Origin: Raillietiella orientalis
Lineage: Eukaryota
Direction: 5' to 3'
Length of the DNA: 64,000 bases
Assembly (NCBI GenBank): GCA_036172245.1
Contig: JAYWIR010000024.1
Coordinates: forward strand, 2,852,001 to 2,916,000
In this document: in pieces, positions 63,151 through 64,000 of the stretch
How positions within the stretch are numbered: position 1 is the first letter of the stretch
How the letters are laid out: every line of letters starts with the position of its first letter
Made by a program: the position numbers and the translations under genes
The notes under the pieces: model-generated
What the model was told of the DNA's origin: nothing
What the model saw: the letters and a program-made list of their open reading frames with translations, nothing else
Database searches by the model: none

Positions 63151-63315
63151 GAGCGCTGCCTTCTCCCCATTTCCCCCCTCTTGTTCCAGTGCTTGGAGGG
63201 AGGATGAGGGTGTTGGTTAGGTGGCGACTCCGTCCAAAGTGGAGGGTGGTGAGGCGCACTGTTTCCTTGGAGGCGGCGCCAGTGGATCCCTTCTTCACTT
63301 TTTTTTTTCCTTCAG

Positions 63316-63628
63316 CTGATTTTCTCGGAGACTTCCCGCCTGTTGCTGGAGACGACAGATGGGAGGCTGTTCTTCCGGAACATCAGCATCCTCCTGCCAT
63401 CTGCGTGGTCCCTGAAGCACTGCCCGCGCCCGCCCGGAGGCATTGGGAGATCCACCCTCGAGCACGCGGCGGACGCCGACTTCCGGGTCGGCAAACCGGA
63501 CGCCATCTATGGCGATCATTTGTGGACCAAGCAGGTACTCGGCTGCAGGGAACCGGGACGCTTCGTCCGGATGGGTATGGCCTTCCTGGACGTGGAGAAT
63601 GGCTCTTCCTCTGTCGTCAGGGTCAAAG
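63316..63628 (+). CDS. CLCA: CLCA-family protein, coding exon 2
   Basis: Strong acceptor ttttttttccttcag|CTG. Translates LIFSETSRLLLETTDGRLFFRNISILLPSAW...ADADFRVGKPDAIYGDHLWTKQVLGCREPGRFVRMGMAFL, matching CLCA ASxYLFEATxKRFYFKNVxILIPxTW...YTxQxxxCGExG. Phase-1 donor AAAG|gtgagc. Confidence 0.92.
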
Positions 63629-63677
63629 GTGAGCCCGCGGTTTTCCCCCCGCCCTGCCTACCCTTTTTCTCTCGCAG

Positions 63678-63810
63678 CGCGCGCCCTGGTGCACGAGTGG
63701 ATCAAGTACCGGTTCGGGGTGTTCGAGGAGAACGGTTTCCCGGACGACCCGCTGTACCCAGCCGACAGGAGCGTTGCCCGCGGAGCGGACCCGCTCCAGG
63801 GGTCGTCGAG
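63678..63810 (+). CDS. CLCA: CLCA-family protein, coding exon 3 (metalloprotease motif region)
   Basis: Follows a 49-nt intron (63629-63677, gt...ctcgcag). The frame continues as ARALVHEWIKYRFGVFEENGFPDDPLYP, equivalent to CLCA GRAFVHEWAHLRWGVFDEY. Phase-2 donor AG|gtgact. Confidence 0.92.
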
Positions 63811-63860
63811 GTGACTGTGGCGCTGTCCCATTCCAGCTCTGACACTCTCCGTCCGCGCAG

Positions 63861-64000
63861 GAATCTCACCGTCCCGGGAAACTTCACGGCGGTGGAAAGC
63901 GGCGATGCGACGTACGCGAGACTGGGACCCACGAAGCAGAACGCCTTGTGCGGCTGGAGAAGCGTCATGGAGGTGGTCAGGGGGAGCCAGGACTACCGCA
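63861..64000 (+). CDS. CLCA: CLCA-family protein, coding exon 4 (runs off window)
   Basis: Follows a 50-nt intron (63811-63860). Reads in frame NLTVPGNFTAVESGDATYARLGPTKQNALCGWRSVMEVVRGSQDYR, matching CLCA APNKQNxxCxxRSTWEVIxxSxDF. Confidence 0.88.

Overview
Eukaryotic (invertebrate/arthropod-like) genomic DNA. No prokaryotic operons, rRNA, tRNA or CRISPR array is supportable, and most ORFs in the supplied track are spurious GC-rich or antisense shadow ORFs. Positions ~1-51.5 kb are a GC- and CpG-rich graveyard of about 25 heavily decayed non-LTR retrotransposon (LINE) relics. These were recognised by eye from degenerate APE endonuclease, RT and C-terminal CCHC/zf-RVT motifs, and most RT cores lie on the minus strand. 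Within this decayed field are patches of unexpectedly high identity between paralogs, most strikingly a perfect 356-bp inverted repeat (34717-35072 / 37331-37686). There are also several inverted pairs, an ungapped 111-bp fold-back, a perfect 18-bp hairpin with an adjacent duplication, and a phased 31/62-bp minisatellite. From ~53.7 kb the DNA becomes AT-rich and contains the 5' part of one real spliced gene, a CLCA-family (chloride channel accessory, metalloprotease-like) gene on the + strand with 4 exons in the window. Its HExxH zinc motif reads HEWIK and its Cys-rich segment is shortened; intron 1 holds another LINE relic. TE boundaries are approximate (roughly +/-100-200 bp) and clade calls are tentative because no alignments could be run.
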